Below, one piece after another: positions 27,161-38,393 of a stretch of DNA of 64,000 nt; positions within the stretch are counted from its first letter, which is position 1; each line of letters begins with the position of its first letter. Under the pieces are notes generated by a model that worked only from the letters and a program-made list of their open reading frames with translations, was not told the DNA's origin and ran no database searches. This DNA comes from Limisphaerales bacterium (lineage in GTDB: Bacteria; Verrucomicrobiota; Verrucomicrobiia; Limisphaerales; UBA11358), in NCBI GenBank assembly GCA_052145735.1, contig JBKQOA010000019.1, positions 2,783 to 66,782 on the forward strand. Reading direction: 5' to 3'. The position numbers were made by a program, and so were the translations under genes.

Positions 27161-28300
27161 TTAGTCCAATGTCTGCCGGTAGCGTTTGATGCCGATGGCC
27201 AGCATCACAAGCAAAAACAACGCGATGGGCCATAAATCGGGAGCAATTTCAGCCAAACCGTTCCCTTTCAACAAAATTCCGCGCACGACCCTCAGATAAT
27301 GCGTCAACGGCAGGACTTCACCGATATCCTGTGCCCAACCCGGCATGCCGCGAAAGGGAAACATGTAACCCGACAGCAACAATGACGGCAGGAAAAAGAA
27401 GAACGCCATCTGCACCGCCTGCAGCTGGTTTTTGGCGATGGTTGAGAAGGTAATGCCGACGGCAAGGTTGGCCGCAATGAAGAAAAAGGTCAGCACCAGC
27501 AACAAAGGCACGCTGCCAACGATCGGCACGTCGAACAGAAACTTCGCCGCAATCAAAATCAGAAAGACCTGGATGTAACCGACCATGATGTACGGGATGA
27601 TTTTGCCAATCATCACCTCGCCGGGACGCGCCGGGGTCGAAAGCAGGTTTTCCATCGTGCCCCGCTCGCGTTCCCTCGTGATGGCCAGCGCCGTGATGAT
27701 GATCATGGTCATCGTCAGCATCACCCCCATGAGTCCGGGCACGATGTTGTACTGGGTGATGTTTTCCGGATTGTAATGCTGATGCACCACCAGGTTGAAT
27801 GGAGGAGGTGCGCCGCGCAATTTCGCCAACGGCCCGGTCAGGTCACGGTCCAACACGGTGGTCGCCAGCAGATTGATGGCAGCGATGGCGTAACCGACCG
27901 CCGAGGGATCGGTGGCATCGGCTTCCAGCAGCAAATCGGGCCGTTCGCCGCGCAGCAGCTGGCGCGAAAAATCCACCGGAATGTGTACGGCAAACTGAAC
28001 CGTGCCCCGGGCGAGCAACGTTTGAATCTCCGCCTCGTTCTTCGGTTCGCGGACAATGTCGAAATAACTGCTGTTGTGCAAACCCCACACGATGGTCCGC
28101 GAATACACGCTGTTGTCCGCTGAATAAACCGCCGTGGGCAGGTGCTTCGGATCGGAGTTGATGGCGTAGCCGAACAGGATGAGCTGAACCATCGGGATGC
28201 CGATCATCATGGCAAACGTCATCCGGTCGCGGCGCATCTGGATGAATTCCTTGGCCACAATCGCGCCGAACCGCCGCCAGTTGAATTCGTGCAGTTTCAC
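27161..28300 (-). CDS. ABC-2 type permease (YbhR/S-like)
   Basis: KEFIQMRRD, ITRERERGTMENLL, GKIIPY; GTG start overlaps the ATPase stop. Confidence 0.92.
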   Translation of the reverse strand: MKLHEFNWRRFGAIVAKEFIQMRRDRMTFAMMIGIPMVQLILFGYAINSDPKHLPTAVYSADNSVYSRTIVWGLHNSSYFDIVREPKNEAEIQTLLARGTVQFAVHIPVDFSRQLLRGERPDLLLEADATDPSAVGYAIAAINLLATTVLDRDLTGPLAKLRGAPPPFNLVVHQHYNPENITQYNIVPGLMGVMLTMTMIIITALAITRERERGTMENLLSTPARPGEVMIGKIIPYIMVGYIQVFLILIAAKFLFDVPIVGSVPLLLVLTFFFIAANLAVGITFSTIAKNQLQAVQMAFFFFLPSLLLSGYMFPFRGMPGWAQDIGEVLPLTHYLRVVRGILLKGNGLAEIAPDLWPIALFLLVMLAIGIKRYRQTLD

Positions 28301-29223
28301 GAAAAATTGTCCCGGGCCGTTTCCATCAGGCTGATGAACACGTCCTCCAGCCCGGATTCGATTTGTTGCCAGCGATAGGCGCCCGTCATCCACGGCCCCA
28401 CGCTTTCGCGCAATGCCGCCGCGTCGCGCCCGCTGACATGCATCGTCGTGCCGAAGGCAACCACCTGTTCCACCCCGGGCCGGCCGCGGATTTTTTCCGC
28501 CAGGGCCGGCAAATCCGGGCCGGCAACCTCCCAGGTCGTCAACCCCGCCGCCTGCACGACTTCCTCAACGCTACCCCGGGTGAGCAGATTGCCATAGGCA
28601 ATGTAGGCCAGCCGGTGGCAGCGCTCGGCCTCGTCCATGTAATGCGTCGTGATGAGCACCGTCAGTCCGCCGGCCGCAAGCTGGTGAATTTCCTCCCAGA
28701 AATCACGGCGCGCCTTGGGATCCACGCCCGCCGTCGGCTCGTCGAGCAGCAGCAACTGCGGGTCGTGAATGAGGCAGGCGGACAAGGCCAGCCGTTGTTT
28801 CCAACCGCCGGAAAGCGTTCCGGCCAGTTGCCGGCGGCGCGCGGTCATGCCGAGGCGTTCCAGGCTTTTATCAACGGCGGCCTTGCGCGCCGGCACGCCG
28901 TAAATTTGCGCGATGAAATCCAGGTTTTCCTCGATGGTCAGGTCTTCGTAAAAGCTGAACCGCTGGGTCATGTAGCCGATGTTCTTCTTGATCTCGCGGG
29001 AATCGCTGCGGATGTCAAAGCCCAGACACGTGCCGCTACCACCATCAGGCGTAAGCAAACCGCAGAGCATGCGCAAAAATGTCGTTTTGCCGCTGCCGTT
29101 CGGGCCCAGAAAACCGTAGATCTCGCCGCGCCGCACCTGCATGGGAATGTTGTTCACGACCGTGCGGTTGCCGAACCGCTTCGTGATGCCCTGCACATCA
29201 ATCACGAGATCGTTCGCGCTCAT
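28297..29223 (-). CDS. ABC transporter ATP-binding protein
   Basis: GPNGSGKT, LSGGWKQR, LLLDEPT. Confidence 0.95.
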   Translation of the reverse strand: MSANDLVIDVQGITKRFGNRTVVNNIPMQVRRGEIYGFLGPNGSGKTTFLRMLCGLLTPDGGSGTCLGFDIRSDSREIKKNIGYMTQRFSFYEDLTIEENLDFIAQIYGVPARKAAVDKSLERLGMTARRRQLAGTLSGGWKQRLALSACLIHDPQLLLLDEPTAGVDPKARRDFWEEIHQLAAGGLTVLITTHYMDEAERCHRLAYIAYGNLLTRGSVEEVVQAAGLTTWEVAGPDLPALAEKIRGRPGVEQVVAFGTTMHVSGRDAAALRESVGPWMTGAYRWQQIESGLEDVFISLMETARDNFS

Positions 29224-29226
29224 AAC

Positions 29227-30039
29227 TCACGGATTCAACCGTACGTCCACCGGCTGGCCGGGACGAAGGTCGGCCGCATCGGCGGGGGGAAATTTTGCCT
29301 CGATCATATAAACCAGCTTGGCCCGGTTCTCGCGGCTGTAAATCACCGGCGGCGTGAATTCGGCTTCGGTGGAAATGTAATTGACCGTCGCCGGATAGGC
29401 ATGCGGACCGCCGTCAAACGTCACGGTCACGGTCTCGCCAGGTTTGATTTTCGGCAACTCCGCCTGGGGAACAAAAAAACGCACCTTGAGGTTGGCCGGC
29501 GGCAACAGCTCGACGACCGGATTGCCGGCCGCAACCCATTCGCCGACCCGGTACAACGTGTCATGCACCATCGCGTTCGTGGGGGCAAATTGCTGCTTTT
29601 GATCGAATGACCAGCGCGCCTTGTCCAGCGCGGCGGTTTGTGCTTCCACCTGGGCCTGGTCGGCGTCGCGCTGGGCCCGGGCCTGGTCGAGTTCCTCAGC
29701 CGAGATGACCCCTTGATCCTGTCGCAATTGCACACGGCGGGTGAACGCGGCTTCGGAAAGCACCAGGTTGGCCTGCGCCTGCGCCAGGTTCTTTTTGGCT
29801 TGATCCAACGTGGCCGCCTCAGAACCGCGTTCCAACTCGAACAACAACCGGCCGCCGGCTATTTCGTCACCGCGCGCCACGGCCAGATTCGTCAGCGCGC
29901 CCCCGAGCGGGGATGCGACATAAACATATTCACCTTCGATGTAACCTTGAAAGACATTCAAAGAATCCGGAGAGCAACCCGCCAGCAACACAACGGCGAG
30001 CCCCACCACCAATCCCAGCATGACGCAGTTCGTTTTCAT
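29227..30039 (-). CDS. HlyD-family periplasmic adaptor
   Basis: Lipobox LAGC; QGYIEGE; AEFTPPVIYS; LRPGQPVDV. Confidence 0.9.
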   Translation of the reverse strand: MKTNCVMLGLVVGLAVVLLAGCSPDSLNVFQGYIEGEYVYVASPLGGALTNLAVARGDEIAGGRLLFELERGSEAATLDQAKKNLAQAQANLVLSEAAFTRRVQLRQDQGVISAEELDQARAQRDADQAQVEAQTAALDKARWSFDQKQQFAPTNAMVHDTLYRVGEWVAAGNPVVELLPPANLKVRFFVPQAELPKIKPGETVTVTFDGGPHAYPATVNYISTEAEFTPPVIYSRENRAKLVYMIEAKFPPADAADLRPGQPVDVRLNP

Positions 30040-30079
30040 TGACGCCTTCAGTCCACAACAACAATGGACATAATTTGGG

Positions 30080-30117
30080 TTGACATGTCAAACAAATGTT
30101 TTAATTATCTGTTTGAA
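30080..30117. promoter_or_regulatory. Probable TetR operator/divergent promoter
   Basis: Perfect palindrome TTGACATGTCAA (30080-30091) overlapping a TCAAACA...TGTTTGA inverted repeat, between the divergent efflux operon and tetR. Confidence 0.65.
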
Positions 30118-30119
30118 AC

Positions 30120-30821
30120 ATGAATTTGAAATCCATGGCGGGCCCGGAAGCCAGCCTGCATGACGAGACTCGCCGTCAATTGCTGGAGGCGGCCGGCGAA
30201 GTTTTTGCCACGGCCGGTTTCCGCAACGCGACGGTGCGCGAAATCTGCCGGCGGGCCGGCGCCAACATTGCCGCCGTCAATTACCATTTTGGTGACAAGG
30301 AGGGTCTCTACGCCGAGGTCCTGCGGTATGCGCAACAAAAGGCGTTTGAAAAGTATCCTCTGTTGCCGGGTGTGGACATGGATGCCTCCCCCACGGACAA
30401 ATTACGCGCTTTTGTCCGTTCCTTCCTGCTCCGGATTTTCGACAGTGAGCCGACGGCCTGGTTCGGGAAAATGATGCTGCGGGAGATGATTGAGCCGACC
30501 GGCGCTCTGGATTCACTGCTCGAAGAACGGATGCGGCCGATGGCGGACCAAATCCGAGGCATCGTGGCGGAAATTCTCGGCTGTTCGCCCAATGATGACC
30601 AAGCGCGGCTTTGCAGCCTCAGCGTCGTCAGCCAATGCGTGTTCTATCATCATTGCCGGCGGGTGGTGGCACGGCTGTTTCCCGAACAACGGCTGGACGC
30701 CGCGGCCGTCGAGCCATTGGCGGATCACATCACCCGTTTCTCGCTTGCCGCCATGAAACACATGCCCGAACCTAAAACATCGAAATCGCGGCCGCATCCG
30801 TCTGCCCATGGCCGCCGTTAA
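30120..30821 (+). CDS. TetR-family regulator (CecR/YbiH-like)
   Basis: ATVREICRRAGANIAAVNYHFGDKEGLY HTH. Confidence 0.92.
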   Translation: MNLKSMAGPEASLHDETRRQLLEAAGEVFATAGFRNATVREICRRAGANIAAVNYHFGDKEGLYAEVLRYAQQKAFEKYPLLPGVDMDASPTDKLRAFVRSFLLRIFDSEPTAWFGKMMLREMIEPTGALDSLLEERMRPMADQIRGIVAEILGCSPNDDQARLCSLSVVSQCVFYHHCRRVVARLFPEQRLDAAAVEPLADHITRFSLAAMKHMPEPKTSKSRPHPSAHGRR

Positions 30822-30833
30822 AGGACTTTATCC

Positions 30834-32210
30834 ATGAAAAAAATCGTTCTCATTTTGTTTGTCGCTGGCTGCATCGGCGGCTGGACCGCCTTTGGCCAAA
30901 ACACTAACGCCGGCGCCGCAGTGCCTGCCTGGATCACGCGCCCGTTGTCGCTGGCCGATTGTCTCAACATCGCGCTCCAGCAGAACGGCACCATCCTGAA
31001 GGCCAGGAGCGACCTCGAAGCCCAGCAGGGCGTTGTGGTGCAAACGCGGGCGGTCGCCTTGCCGCAACTGACGGCAGGCGGTCAATACAAAGATACCGAG
31101 CGGAGTTCGGTTGAGAATTTTCCCGGCACCACCGCCACCACGCCAGACCAAAACTGGAATGCAAACATCCAACTGGTCCAATCCATCTACGAAGGCGGAA
31201 AATTGGTCGCGGCGTTCAAGGCCGCCACGGCCACCAAAAAACAGGCCATCGCGCAGTTCCAGACCACGCGCGACGACACGTTGCTCGCGGTACGCCTGGC
31301 CTATTACGATGTTTTGCTCGCGGCGCAGCAGATCACCGTGAACCAGGCCTCGGTCGTGCTGCTGCAACAGGAACTGGATGACCAACAACGCCGCTACGCC
31401 GCCGGGACGGTGCCGAAGCTCAATGTGTTGCGGGCTGAAGTCGCCCTGGCCAACCAGCGCCCGGCTCTGATTCAGGCGCAGAACAGTTACCGCATCTCCA
31501 AAAACAACCTATGCAATCTGCTCGGTTATAACCTGCCCCGCGCAGTCTGGGAGGACATTCCCCTGAACTTGACGGACAAGCTGGACGCCGTACCGTACCC
31601 GGTCGATTTGCCGGCGGCGATCCAGCAGGCGCTGGACCGGCGCACTGAACTGACCGCGCTGCGTCAGACGTCAGAATTGCAGCGTTTGAATATCGTCACC
31701 GCCAAGGCCGGCTACAAACCAAATCTTTCGGTTTTTGCCGGCTACACCTGGATCAATGCGCAATTCACGCCGCCCATCGAACTCGATCACTCCATTGATG
31801 GCTATAACGTCGGAGCGCAATTGAGCTGGGACATTTTTGACGGCATGCTGACGCACGGCAAAGTCACCCAGGCCAAGGCGCTTTACGACAAATCCAAGAC
31901 CGACCTGGATGACCGGGCCCGGCAAATTGAACTGGAGGTGCGCACGTCGCATTCCGATTTCATCATGGCGCGGGAAGTCCTGGATTCACAGACCAAGGTG
32001 CAGGAAGAGGCCGAGGAAGCGCTGCGGGAAGCCAGAGCGCGCGCCGATGCCGGCACCGGCACGCAGCTCGACGTGCTGGATGCCCAGACTTCGCTGACCC
32101 AGGCGCGCACGACAGAAGTCCAGGCGTTGCATGACTACGATGCCGCCCGCGCCCGGCTCGAACGCGCCATCGGCGCGGAGATGGTCCAAAATCCGGCCCC
32201 GGCGCCGTGA
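30834..32210 (+). CDS. TolC-family outer membrane efflux protein
   Basis: Signal peptide; two OEP repeats; AGTGTQLDVLDAQ. Confidence 0.92.
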   Translation: MKKIVLILFVAGCIGGWTAFGQNTNAGAAVPAWITRPLSLADCLNIALQQNGTILKARSDLEAQQGVVVQTRAVALPQLTAGGQYKDTERSSVENFPGTTATTPDQNWNANIQLVQSIYEGGKLVAAFKAATATKKQAIAQFQTTRDDTLLAVRLAYYDVLLAAQQITVNQASVVLLQQELDDQQRRYAAGTVPKLNVLRAEVALANQRPALIQAQNSYRISKNNLCNLLGYNLPRAVWEDIPLNLTDKLDAVPYPVDLPAAIQQALDRRTELTALRQTSELQRLNIVTAKAGYKPNLSVFAGYTWINAQFTPPIELDHSIDGYNVGAQLSWDIFDGMLTHGKVTQAKALYDKSKTDLDDRARQIELEVRTSHSDFIMAREVLDSQTKVQEEAEEALREARARADAGTGTQLDVLDAQTSLTQARTTEVQALHDYDAARARLERAIGAEMVQNPAPAP

Positions 32211-32255
32211 TTTGCCGTTGACGACGACGGCGATCATGGGGGACTTTGTCGGCCT

Positions 32256-33809
32256 ATGGCAAAAATCCAGCGGGCGCTGATTTCAGTTTCGGACAAAACG
32301 GGCCTGGTCCCCTTTGCACAGATACTGACCAAAGCCGGAATTGAAATGATTTCAACCGGCGGCACGGCCAAAACGCTGCGCGAGGCCGGGCTGGCGGTGA
32401 AGGACATCAGCGAACACACCGGCTTTCCTGAAATGCTCGACGGCCGCGTCAAGACGCTGCACCCGAAAGTCCACGGCGGTTTGCTGTTCATTCGCGGCAA
32501 TGAAACCCACGAGGCGGCGGTGAAGGCGCATGGCATCACCCCGATTGATCTCGTTGTCGTGAATCTTTATCCCTTCGAGCAAACGGTGGCCAGGCCGGAC
32601 GTCACCTTGCACGATGCGATTGAGAACATGGACATTGGCGGGCCCTCCATGCTCCGCAGCGCGGCGAAAAATCACGAGAGCGTCACTGTCGTGGTTGATC
32701 CGCTGGATTACGCCGAAGTGACGAAACAGATTTCGGCCAATGGCAACACCACGCTGGAATTGCGGCGCCGACTGGCGGCGAAGGTCTTCGCACGCACTGC
32801 GGCTTACGACGGCGCCATTGGCGCGCACCTGCAAAAATTGTTCGATTCCGCGCAAACCTCCGGCCTGCCTTCCTCGCTCCTGATTTCCGCACCCCTGGCA
32901 CAGCCGTTGCGTTACGGGGAAAATCCGCATCAAGCGGCGGCGCTCTATGGCGGTTTCAACGAATTCTTCCAGCAGCTGCACGGCAAGGAACTTTCCTACA
33001 ACAACATCCTGGATTTGACGGCGGCGGCGAATTTGATCGCGGAATTTTCGGACGACCCGCCGACACTGGCGATTTTGAAACACACGAATCCTTGCGGGGT
33101 CGGCCAGGGCGCCAGCCTGGCCGAAGCATGGGACAAGGCGTTTGCCACCGATCGGCAGGCACCGTTCGGCGGCATCATCACCGTCAATCGGCCGCTGGAT
33201 GGCCCCTGCGCCGGGGCGATCGCGGAAATTTTCAGCGAGGTCATTGTTGCCCCGGACTTCACGCCGGAGGCGCTGGCGATTCTGCAAAAGAAGAAGAACC
33301 TGCGATTGCTGAAACTGTTAAAGTCGCCGCTTCAACCTGGAGCGCTGGATTTACGCAGTGTCGGGGCCAATTCGTTTTTGCTGCAGGAGCGTGATTTGAA
33401 AACGGCTACGCGCGCGGATTTGAAAGTGGTGACGAAGCGGCAGCCGACCGACGGGGAATGGCGGGCGATGGTGTTCGGCTGGCGGGCGGTGAAACACGTG
33501 AAGTCGAATGCGATCGTCTATGCGGCGGAGGATCGGACCCTGGGCATTGGCGCAGGGCAGATGAGCCGCGTGGATGCGAGCCGGATTGCGGTCTGGAAGG
33601 CGGGCGAAGCCGGGCTGTCGTTGAAAGGCAGCGTGGTTTGCAGCGACGCGTTTTTTCCGTTCCCTGACGGTCTGATGGCAGCGGCAAAAGCTGGCGCGAC
33701 GGCGGCGATTCAACCGGGCGGTTCGGTGCGGGACACGGAAGTGATTGCAGCGGCAGACGAACAGGACATGGCCATGGCCTTCACCGGCGAGCGACATTTC
33801 CGCCATTAA
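32256..33809 (+). CDS. purH: Bifunctional AICAR transformylase/IMP cyclohydrolase
   Basis: [40 protein letters not shown]. Confidence 0.98.
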   Translation: MAKIQRALISVSDKTGLVPFAQILTKAGIEMISTGGTAKTLREAGLAVKDISEHTGFPEMLDGRVKTLHPKVHGGLLFIRGNETHEAAVKAHGITPIDLVVVNLYPFEQTVARPDVTLHDAIENMDIGGPSMLRSAAKNHESVTVVVDPLDYAEVTKQISANGNTTLELRRRLAAKVFARTAAYDGAIGAHLQKLFDSAQTSGLPSSLLISAPLAQPLRYGENPHQAAALYGGFNEFFQQLHGKELSYNNILDLTAAANLIAEFSDDPPTLAILKHTNPCGVGQGASLAEAWDKAFATDRQAPFGGIITVNRPLDGPCAGAIAEIFSEVIVAPDFTPEALAILQKKKNLRLLKLLKSPLQPGALDLRSVGANSFLLQERDLKTATRADLKVVTKRQPTDGEWRAMVFGWRAVKHVKSNAIVYAAEDRTLGIGAGQMSRVDASRIAVWKAGEAGLSLKGSVVCSDAFFPFPDGLMAAAKAGATAAIQPGGSVRDTEVIAAADEQDMAMAFTGERHFRH

Positions 33810-34195
33810 CGGAGGAGCCAGTAAATCAGTCCAAACTGGCCGGCGGTAACGGCGGCCAGCAATACCCAGACGAATGCTTCCCGCAGGCGCAGACTGCGCT
33901 GGCGGGCCGCGGTTATCCAGAACTGTAGTTTGGCAGAACCGACGGTGACAATATCGCCGCTCCGAAGAGTTGCGGTCTCGACCGGTTCGCCGTTGATGGC
34001 CGCCAGGGCCTTGGGCGCAGTGGCGAGGGTGAAACCTTTCAACCGGTCAAATTTCAGCGTGAGGTGCTGGTCCCAAACACCATCGTCGTCCAGTTGCAGT
34101 TCGTTACCCGGCGCACGTCCGATGCGGAAAGGAAAACGGCGGGCGACCGATTGGGCGCCCGCCTTTTTACCGGAAAGAATGTTGCACTGAATCAT
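33806..34195 (-). CDS. FHA domain protein with C-terminal TM
   Basis: [11 protein letters not shown]...GVWDQHL...INGE...[10 protein letters not shown]. Confidence 0.8.
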   Translation of the reverse strand: MIQCNILSGKKAGAQSVARRFPFRIGRAPGNELQLDDDGVWDQHLTLKFDRLKGFTLATAPKALAAINGEPVETATLRSGDIVTVGSAKLQFWITAARQRSLRLREAFVWVLLAAVTAGQFGLIYWLLR

Positions 34196-34842
34196 CACCA
34201 GATCCGGCGGGGGACCTGGACCTGATCGTTGGGATAAACCAGCGGGTCCTGGGATGGATCCTGAAGGGCTTTGTCGCAATTGACTTTGATGCGCTGGCCG
34301 TTGGAACGGATGAGCCAGACCTTTTTGTGATTGGCGAAATCGGTAAAGTCACCCGCAGTGGTAATGGCCTTGGTGACGGTCATTTGGCCGGTGTAGAGCT
34401 GGCGGCCGGGAGCCTTGACTTCGCCGGTAACATAGTAGACGCGATCTCCGGTATTCACCGTGACCGTTAGATGGCGGTAATACTTCGGCACATAGAGGTC
34501 GTGGATTGTGTTTTGCAGTTCGCCCGCCGTTCTGCCGGCCGCTTGAACATGGCCGATATCGGGCATGGTGATGGTGCCGTCTTCTTTGATGGGCTCCATA
34601 TGCGGCTCCACGGCTTCCGGCAGACCGGACAAGGTCACGGTGACGGTGTCCCCAACATGAAAGCGGGCAACTTGCGCCGCCGCATCGCCCGGAGTCGGCG
34701 AACCGGTCATCGTGGGCGACATGGGGTTGTCGGAAAAGAGTGGATCACTGTACGACGAGTAACATCCGGTCAAGGCGACGCCGGCAAACAGCAGACCCAA
34801 GGCAAATAATATCCGACTGGAAGTTTTCCAGAATAATTTCAT
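34195..34842 (-). CDS. Polysaccharide export lipoprotein (Wza/Poly_export-SLBB)
   Basis: Lipobox LTGC; DGTITMPDIGHVQAAGRT; YVTGEVKAPG. Confidence 0.88.
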   Translation of the reverse strand: MKLFWKTSSRILFALGLLFAGVALTGCYSSYSDPLFSDNPMSPTMTGSPTPGDAAAQVARFHVGDTVTVTLSGLPEAVEPHMEPIKEDGTITMPDIGHVQAAGRTAGELQNTIHDLYVPKYYRHLTVTVNTGDRVYYVTGEVKAPGRQLYTGQMTVTKAITTAGDFTDFANHKKVWLIRSNGQRIKVNCDKALQDPSQDPLVYPNDQVQVPRRIW

Positions 34843-34873
34843 CTCTCTTATCCTTGCGAAACTACGCACACAA

Positions 34874-37045
34874 TCAATACTTTTGTTTGATGCCAACCAC
34901 ATCGGTGTCGTCGGAATCTTTTCCCTTGGCCGCGGGTTCCTGCGCGTTTTCGTCCTGCTGGTAGTAATAACCACCGTGGTAGTAACCGGTGTAGTAGTAA
35001 TAACTTTCGTCCTGCGACATGTTGATGTTGTTGAGAAGGATGCCAATCAGGTTGCCGCCGACTTTTTCGATCAATTGCTTGGCGCGGATGCTCATGGGCT
35101 GCGGGTAGCGGCGGTATTGAATAACCTGAATGACCATGTCCACTTCACTGGCCAGAACCGAGGCGTCACTCACCCCCAGAACGGGGGGAGAATCGAAGAA
35201 GATGAAATCGTATCGCTGCTTCAATTCGGCAACCATTTCCTTCATTTGCGCCGAACCGAGAATGCTCATCGAAGTGCTGGGCAGCTTGCCGCTGGCCATG
35301 AAGTCAAGCATGGCCACGGAGGTGGGCAGGATGACTTCTTCGAGTTTGTTTTGTTTCAGCAGATAATTGGTCAGGCCGAGGTTGTTGCCGACATGCAGCA
35401 CCTTGTGCAGGGTCGGACGGCGCAGATCGGAATCCACCACCAAGACCCGCTGGCCGGCCTGGGCAAACACGGTGGCCAGATTCACCGTGGTGATGGACTT
35501 GCCTTCACCGGCGCCGGCGCTGACGACGACGACCGTGTTGAGCTTTTCGTCCTTGCGCGAGAACAGGATGTTGGTGCGCAGCACGCGGTAAGCCTCGGCG
35601 TGCGGGCTTTCGGGCCCTTCGTCCACCAAGTAGCCTACGTTCTGCGGGATGACGCCCAGCACCGGCGCCTGGAACGCCCGCTCGACCTCGTCGATCGTCT
35701 TGACGCTGGTATCCAGATATTCGATGAAGAAGGCAAGACCGACGCCCATGACCAAACCGATAATGACTCCGAGAATAATGTTCAAGGCTTTGTTGGGTTT
35801 GACCGGGCTTTCTCCCGGTTCGGCCGGGCCGGTAATTTCCACGATTGAGCTCTTGGGAATTTCCAGATCCAGCTTGGTCCCTTCGATTTTGGCGGCCAGC
35901 AGTTTGTTGAATTCCATCATGTTCCCCAGCTTGCGTTTCCCTTCCCAATATGGCTGGCCGCGGATGGCTTCGGCCATGTCCTTGGCCTTGGCCTCTTCCA
36001 GCGAAGCCGTGAGCGAGTCGAGCGCGGCTTTCTCCGACTGGGCCTGGTTTTCCAGGCCGTTCATGATGCCGGCCACCCGGTCGTCAATCTGGTGATTCAA
36101 TTCATCAATCATGGATTGGACACGGGTGACGTGCAAATCAGCCGGCGAATAATCGTTGGTCAAGGTGGCGTACGTCTGTTCTGATACGTCCAATTTATTC
36201 AACAAGTCGCTCAAGGCCGCATCGGGAACCAGCGTGGGGAGAACATCCCTCAGCTTGACCGTACTGAGGGCCTGCAGTTGAGTCAGTTGTTTCTCCAGCT
36301 TCATGTAGCGCGTCTCGCCTTCAAGGCGCATGGCATTGTAGTTGCGCAATTGTTCCTGCGTGAGCGTGGGACTGGGCACGGTGGAGTTGGGATCATTGTC
36401 GTTAATGCCCAATTCCTTGCGCAGATTGTCCACGTTGGTCCGGACGGCCTGGATTTGCTCTTCTTCCGACTTGAACTCTTCCTCCAAAACCTTGATGCCA
36501 TTGAGGGTGAGTTGCTTGCGCTGGTTCAGACGGTAGTTCTTATACGCATCGGCAATGGCATTGGCCAGACGCGCCGCCTCGTTTTTATCTTCGCTAAAGA
36601 CAGTGATTTCGATGAGTTTGGTGTTGCGCACGGGAAGCAGGCTCATTCGCCGCTTGAGAAATTCCATGGTCTCGGGCGTTTTGAGCGTTTCGCCGCCGTT
36701 GTATTTTTTGCCCCATTCGACGTTCAAGTTAAGCGCTTCAATCACTTTGCCCAATACCACACGATCCTGGATGATGACGAATTCGGTCTGGATAAAATAG
36801 GGATCGTAAGGACTCATGGTCGTCGAACCGGTGATGCCTGCAATGTCTGTAACGATGTCGGGCTCAATCCGGATTCGGACCGTGCTGGCGTAGGATTCGG
36901 GCAAAAGGAAGGTTACTGCCGTGGCGACAATGGCGGTAATCAGAAAAACCGTGATGATGATGGCCTTGCGAATGCGGATGATGCGCCAATAATCCAGGAA
37001 GTGTAACCGGTTTTCCTGTTGCGGCTGTATTTGCGATGAATCCAT
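34874..37045 (-). CDS. Polysaccharide co-polymerase/tyrosine autokinase (Wzc-like)
   Basis: Wzz-like N-terminus, AEAYRVLRTN, GEGKS, DSDLRRP, DSPP, C-terminal Tyr cluster YYYYTGYYHGGYYY. Confidence 0.93.
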   Translation of the reverse strand: MDSSQIQPQQENRLHFLDYWRIIRIRKAIIITVFLITAIVATAVTFLLPESYASTVRIRIEPDIVTDIAGITGSTTMSPYDPYFIQTEFVIIQDRVVLGKVIEALNLNVEWGKKYNGGETLKTPETMEFLKRRMSLLPVRNTKLIEITVFSEDKNEAARLANAIADAYKNYRLNQRKQLTLNGIKVLEEEFKSEEEQIQAVRTNVDNLRKELGINDNDPNSTVPSPTLTQEQLRNYNAMRLEGETRYMKLEKQLTQLQALSTVKLRDVLPTLVPDAALSDLLNKLDVSEQTYATLTNDYSPADLHVTRVQSMIDELNHQIDDRVAGIMNGLENQAQSEKAALDSLTASLEEAKAKDMAEAIRGQPYWEGKRKLGNMMEFNKLLAAKIEGTKLDLEIPKSSIVEITGPAEPGESPVKPNKALNIILGVIIGLVMGVGLAFFIEYLDTSVKTIDEVERAFQAPVLGVIPQNVGYLVDEGPESPHAEAYRVLRTNILFSRKDEKLNTVVVVSAGAGEGKSITTVNLATVFAQAGQRVLVVDSDLRRPTLHKVLHVGNNLGLTNYLLKQNKLEEVILPTSVAMLDFMASGKLPSTSMSILGSAQMKEMVAELKQRYDFIFFDSPPVLGVSDASVLASEVDMVIQVIQYRRYPQPMSIRAKQLIEKVGGNLIGILLNNINMSQDESYYYYTGYYHGGYYYQQDENAQEPAAKGKDSDDTDVVGIKQKY

Positions 37046-37133
37046 ATGTCGAAAAAGTAATGAGAGCCAGTGTACTCTGACCCGTTGTCCGGTTAAACGT
37101 TCAAAGTATTCAATTTAACACGGCTGGCCAAGG

Positions 37134-38393
37134 CTAATAGGTGGCTGAAACCCCAAAATAGACCCGGTTGCGATTATACCCGTTCCCCGGAACTTGGGAC
37201 TGAAGATCATCGAAGTTGTAACCGACTTCAGCTGAAAAATGCGGATTGAAGCTATAAGAGAGATTCACGCCCAAATTATAGAAATCATCAGCCTGATTGT
37301 TGTAGGCACCCTGGTTGTAAACCTGGTGTGACCAGTTGCCAACGATGCTGCCCAACAGCCTGGGTGTCAATTTATGGTTGATGGAAGCGTACAGCGAGGA
37401 CGTGTCCTGATATTGGGTGAGCTGCCCCTGGTTGTTAACCGCAACGGTCTGCGAGGCGTTTTCCGTCTGGGTAAAACCAAGCTGGGCGTAGCAGCCCGGC
37501 AAATAGGTGTAAATCAACGAAATATTTGCGTAAGGGTTGAGCGAAGTCGAACCGGATTCATTATAGCTGTCGGTGTATTGAAACCCAACCCGGCCGTTAA
37601 AGCTCAAATTCGCAAGCATGCTGTGCGAAGCCCCAACATACCCAAAGTACGAACGGTTGTTGCGACTGTCGCTGTAAAAAGTCGTTGGGCCGTATTGAGC
37701 AATCGGCTCGCCTGCCGTGTAATCGACCCAACCAAACATGCCGCCGATGAAAGCCATGGTTTCCCGCGCGACAGCCATTTGCAAATCCAGCGAAACCGAT
37801 TGCTCAATCCGGTTCAGCGTGCCGGCCAGACTGGGGTTGGCTGCCGTGCCGTTGGCATTCTCATAATCGTAAATTGTATTTTGATAGCCGAGTTGGGTGC
37901 TCCACAACCGTGTCCATTCCGTGTTCAGCGACAGGGTGGCCGTGTTGCGTATGTTATTGCCATCGACGCGCTTGTCCTGGCCGCCGCCAATCAGTTCGGG
38001 TTCCTGCCCCACCACAAACGAATCCAGCACCTTCCCCTGCCAGCGTTCGCTGAAAGCGTGGTCCACCCACAAATCGAATTGATGGGTCTGGTCAATCGGG
38101 TCTTGACCCAAGTTCTCCCGCTCCTGGTAATAATACATTCCGTAAGTATAACGCAGCCCCAACTCGGTTTGTTGCAGCGCCATGTTCAGGTCCAATTGGG
38201 GGGAAAGCTCAAAACCGGCACTGCCTTGTTTCTGTGCCGCGGTGAGATAATTGTCGTCGTAAAATCCCCGCAAGGTGCCCGAAACGCTCCATATTTTGGC
38301 GCCCGCGACGGGATTCATGTCAGGAGCGTAAGCACCCTGAAGGCCGGCTGTTCCAGCGGCTATCAGTCCCATGGAAACAAAAAGCTTCTTCAT
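37134..38393 (-). CDS. Outer membrane beta-barrel protein, EPS-associated
   Basis: Signal peptide, amphipathic strands, ends in YNRNRVYFGVSATY; upstream of wzc/wza. Confidence 0.82.
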   Translation of the reverse strand: MKKLFVSMGLIAAGTAGLQGAYAPDMNPVAGAKIWSVSGTLRGFYDDNYLTAAQKQGSAGFELSPQLDLNMALQQTELGLRYTYGMYYYQERENLGQDPIDQTHQFDLWVDHAFSERWQGKVLDSFVVGQEPELIGGGQDKRVDGNNIRNTATLSLNTEWTRLWSTQLGYQNTIYDYENANGTAANPSLAGTLNRIEQSVSLDLQMAVARETMAFIGGMFGWVDYTAGEPIAQYGPTTFYSDSRNNRSYFGYVGASHSMLANLSFNGRVGFQYTDSYNESGSTSLNPYANISLIYTYLPGCYAQLGFTQTENASQTVAVNNQGQLTQYQDTSSLYASINHKLTPRLLGSIVGNWSHQVYNQGAYNNQADDFYNLGVNLSYSFNPHFSAEVGYNFDDLQSQVPGNGYNRNRVYFGVSATY

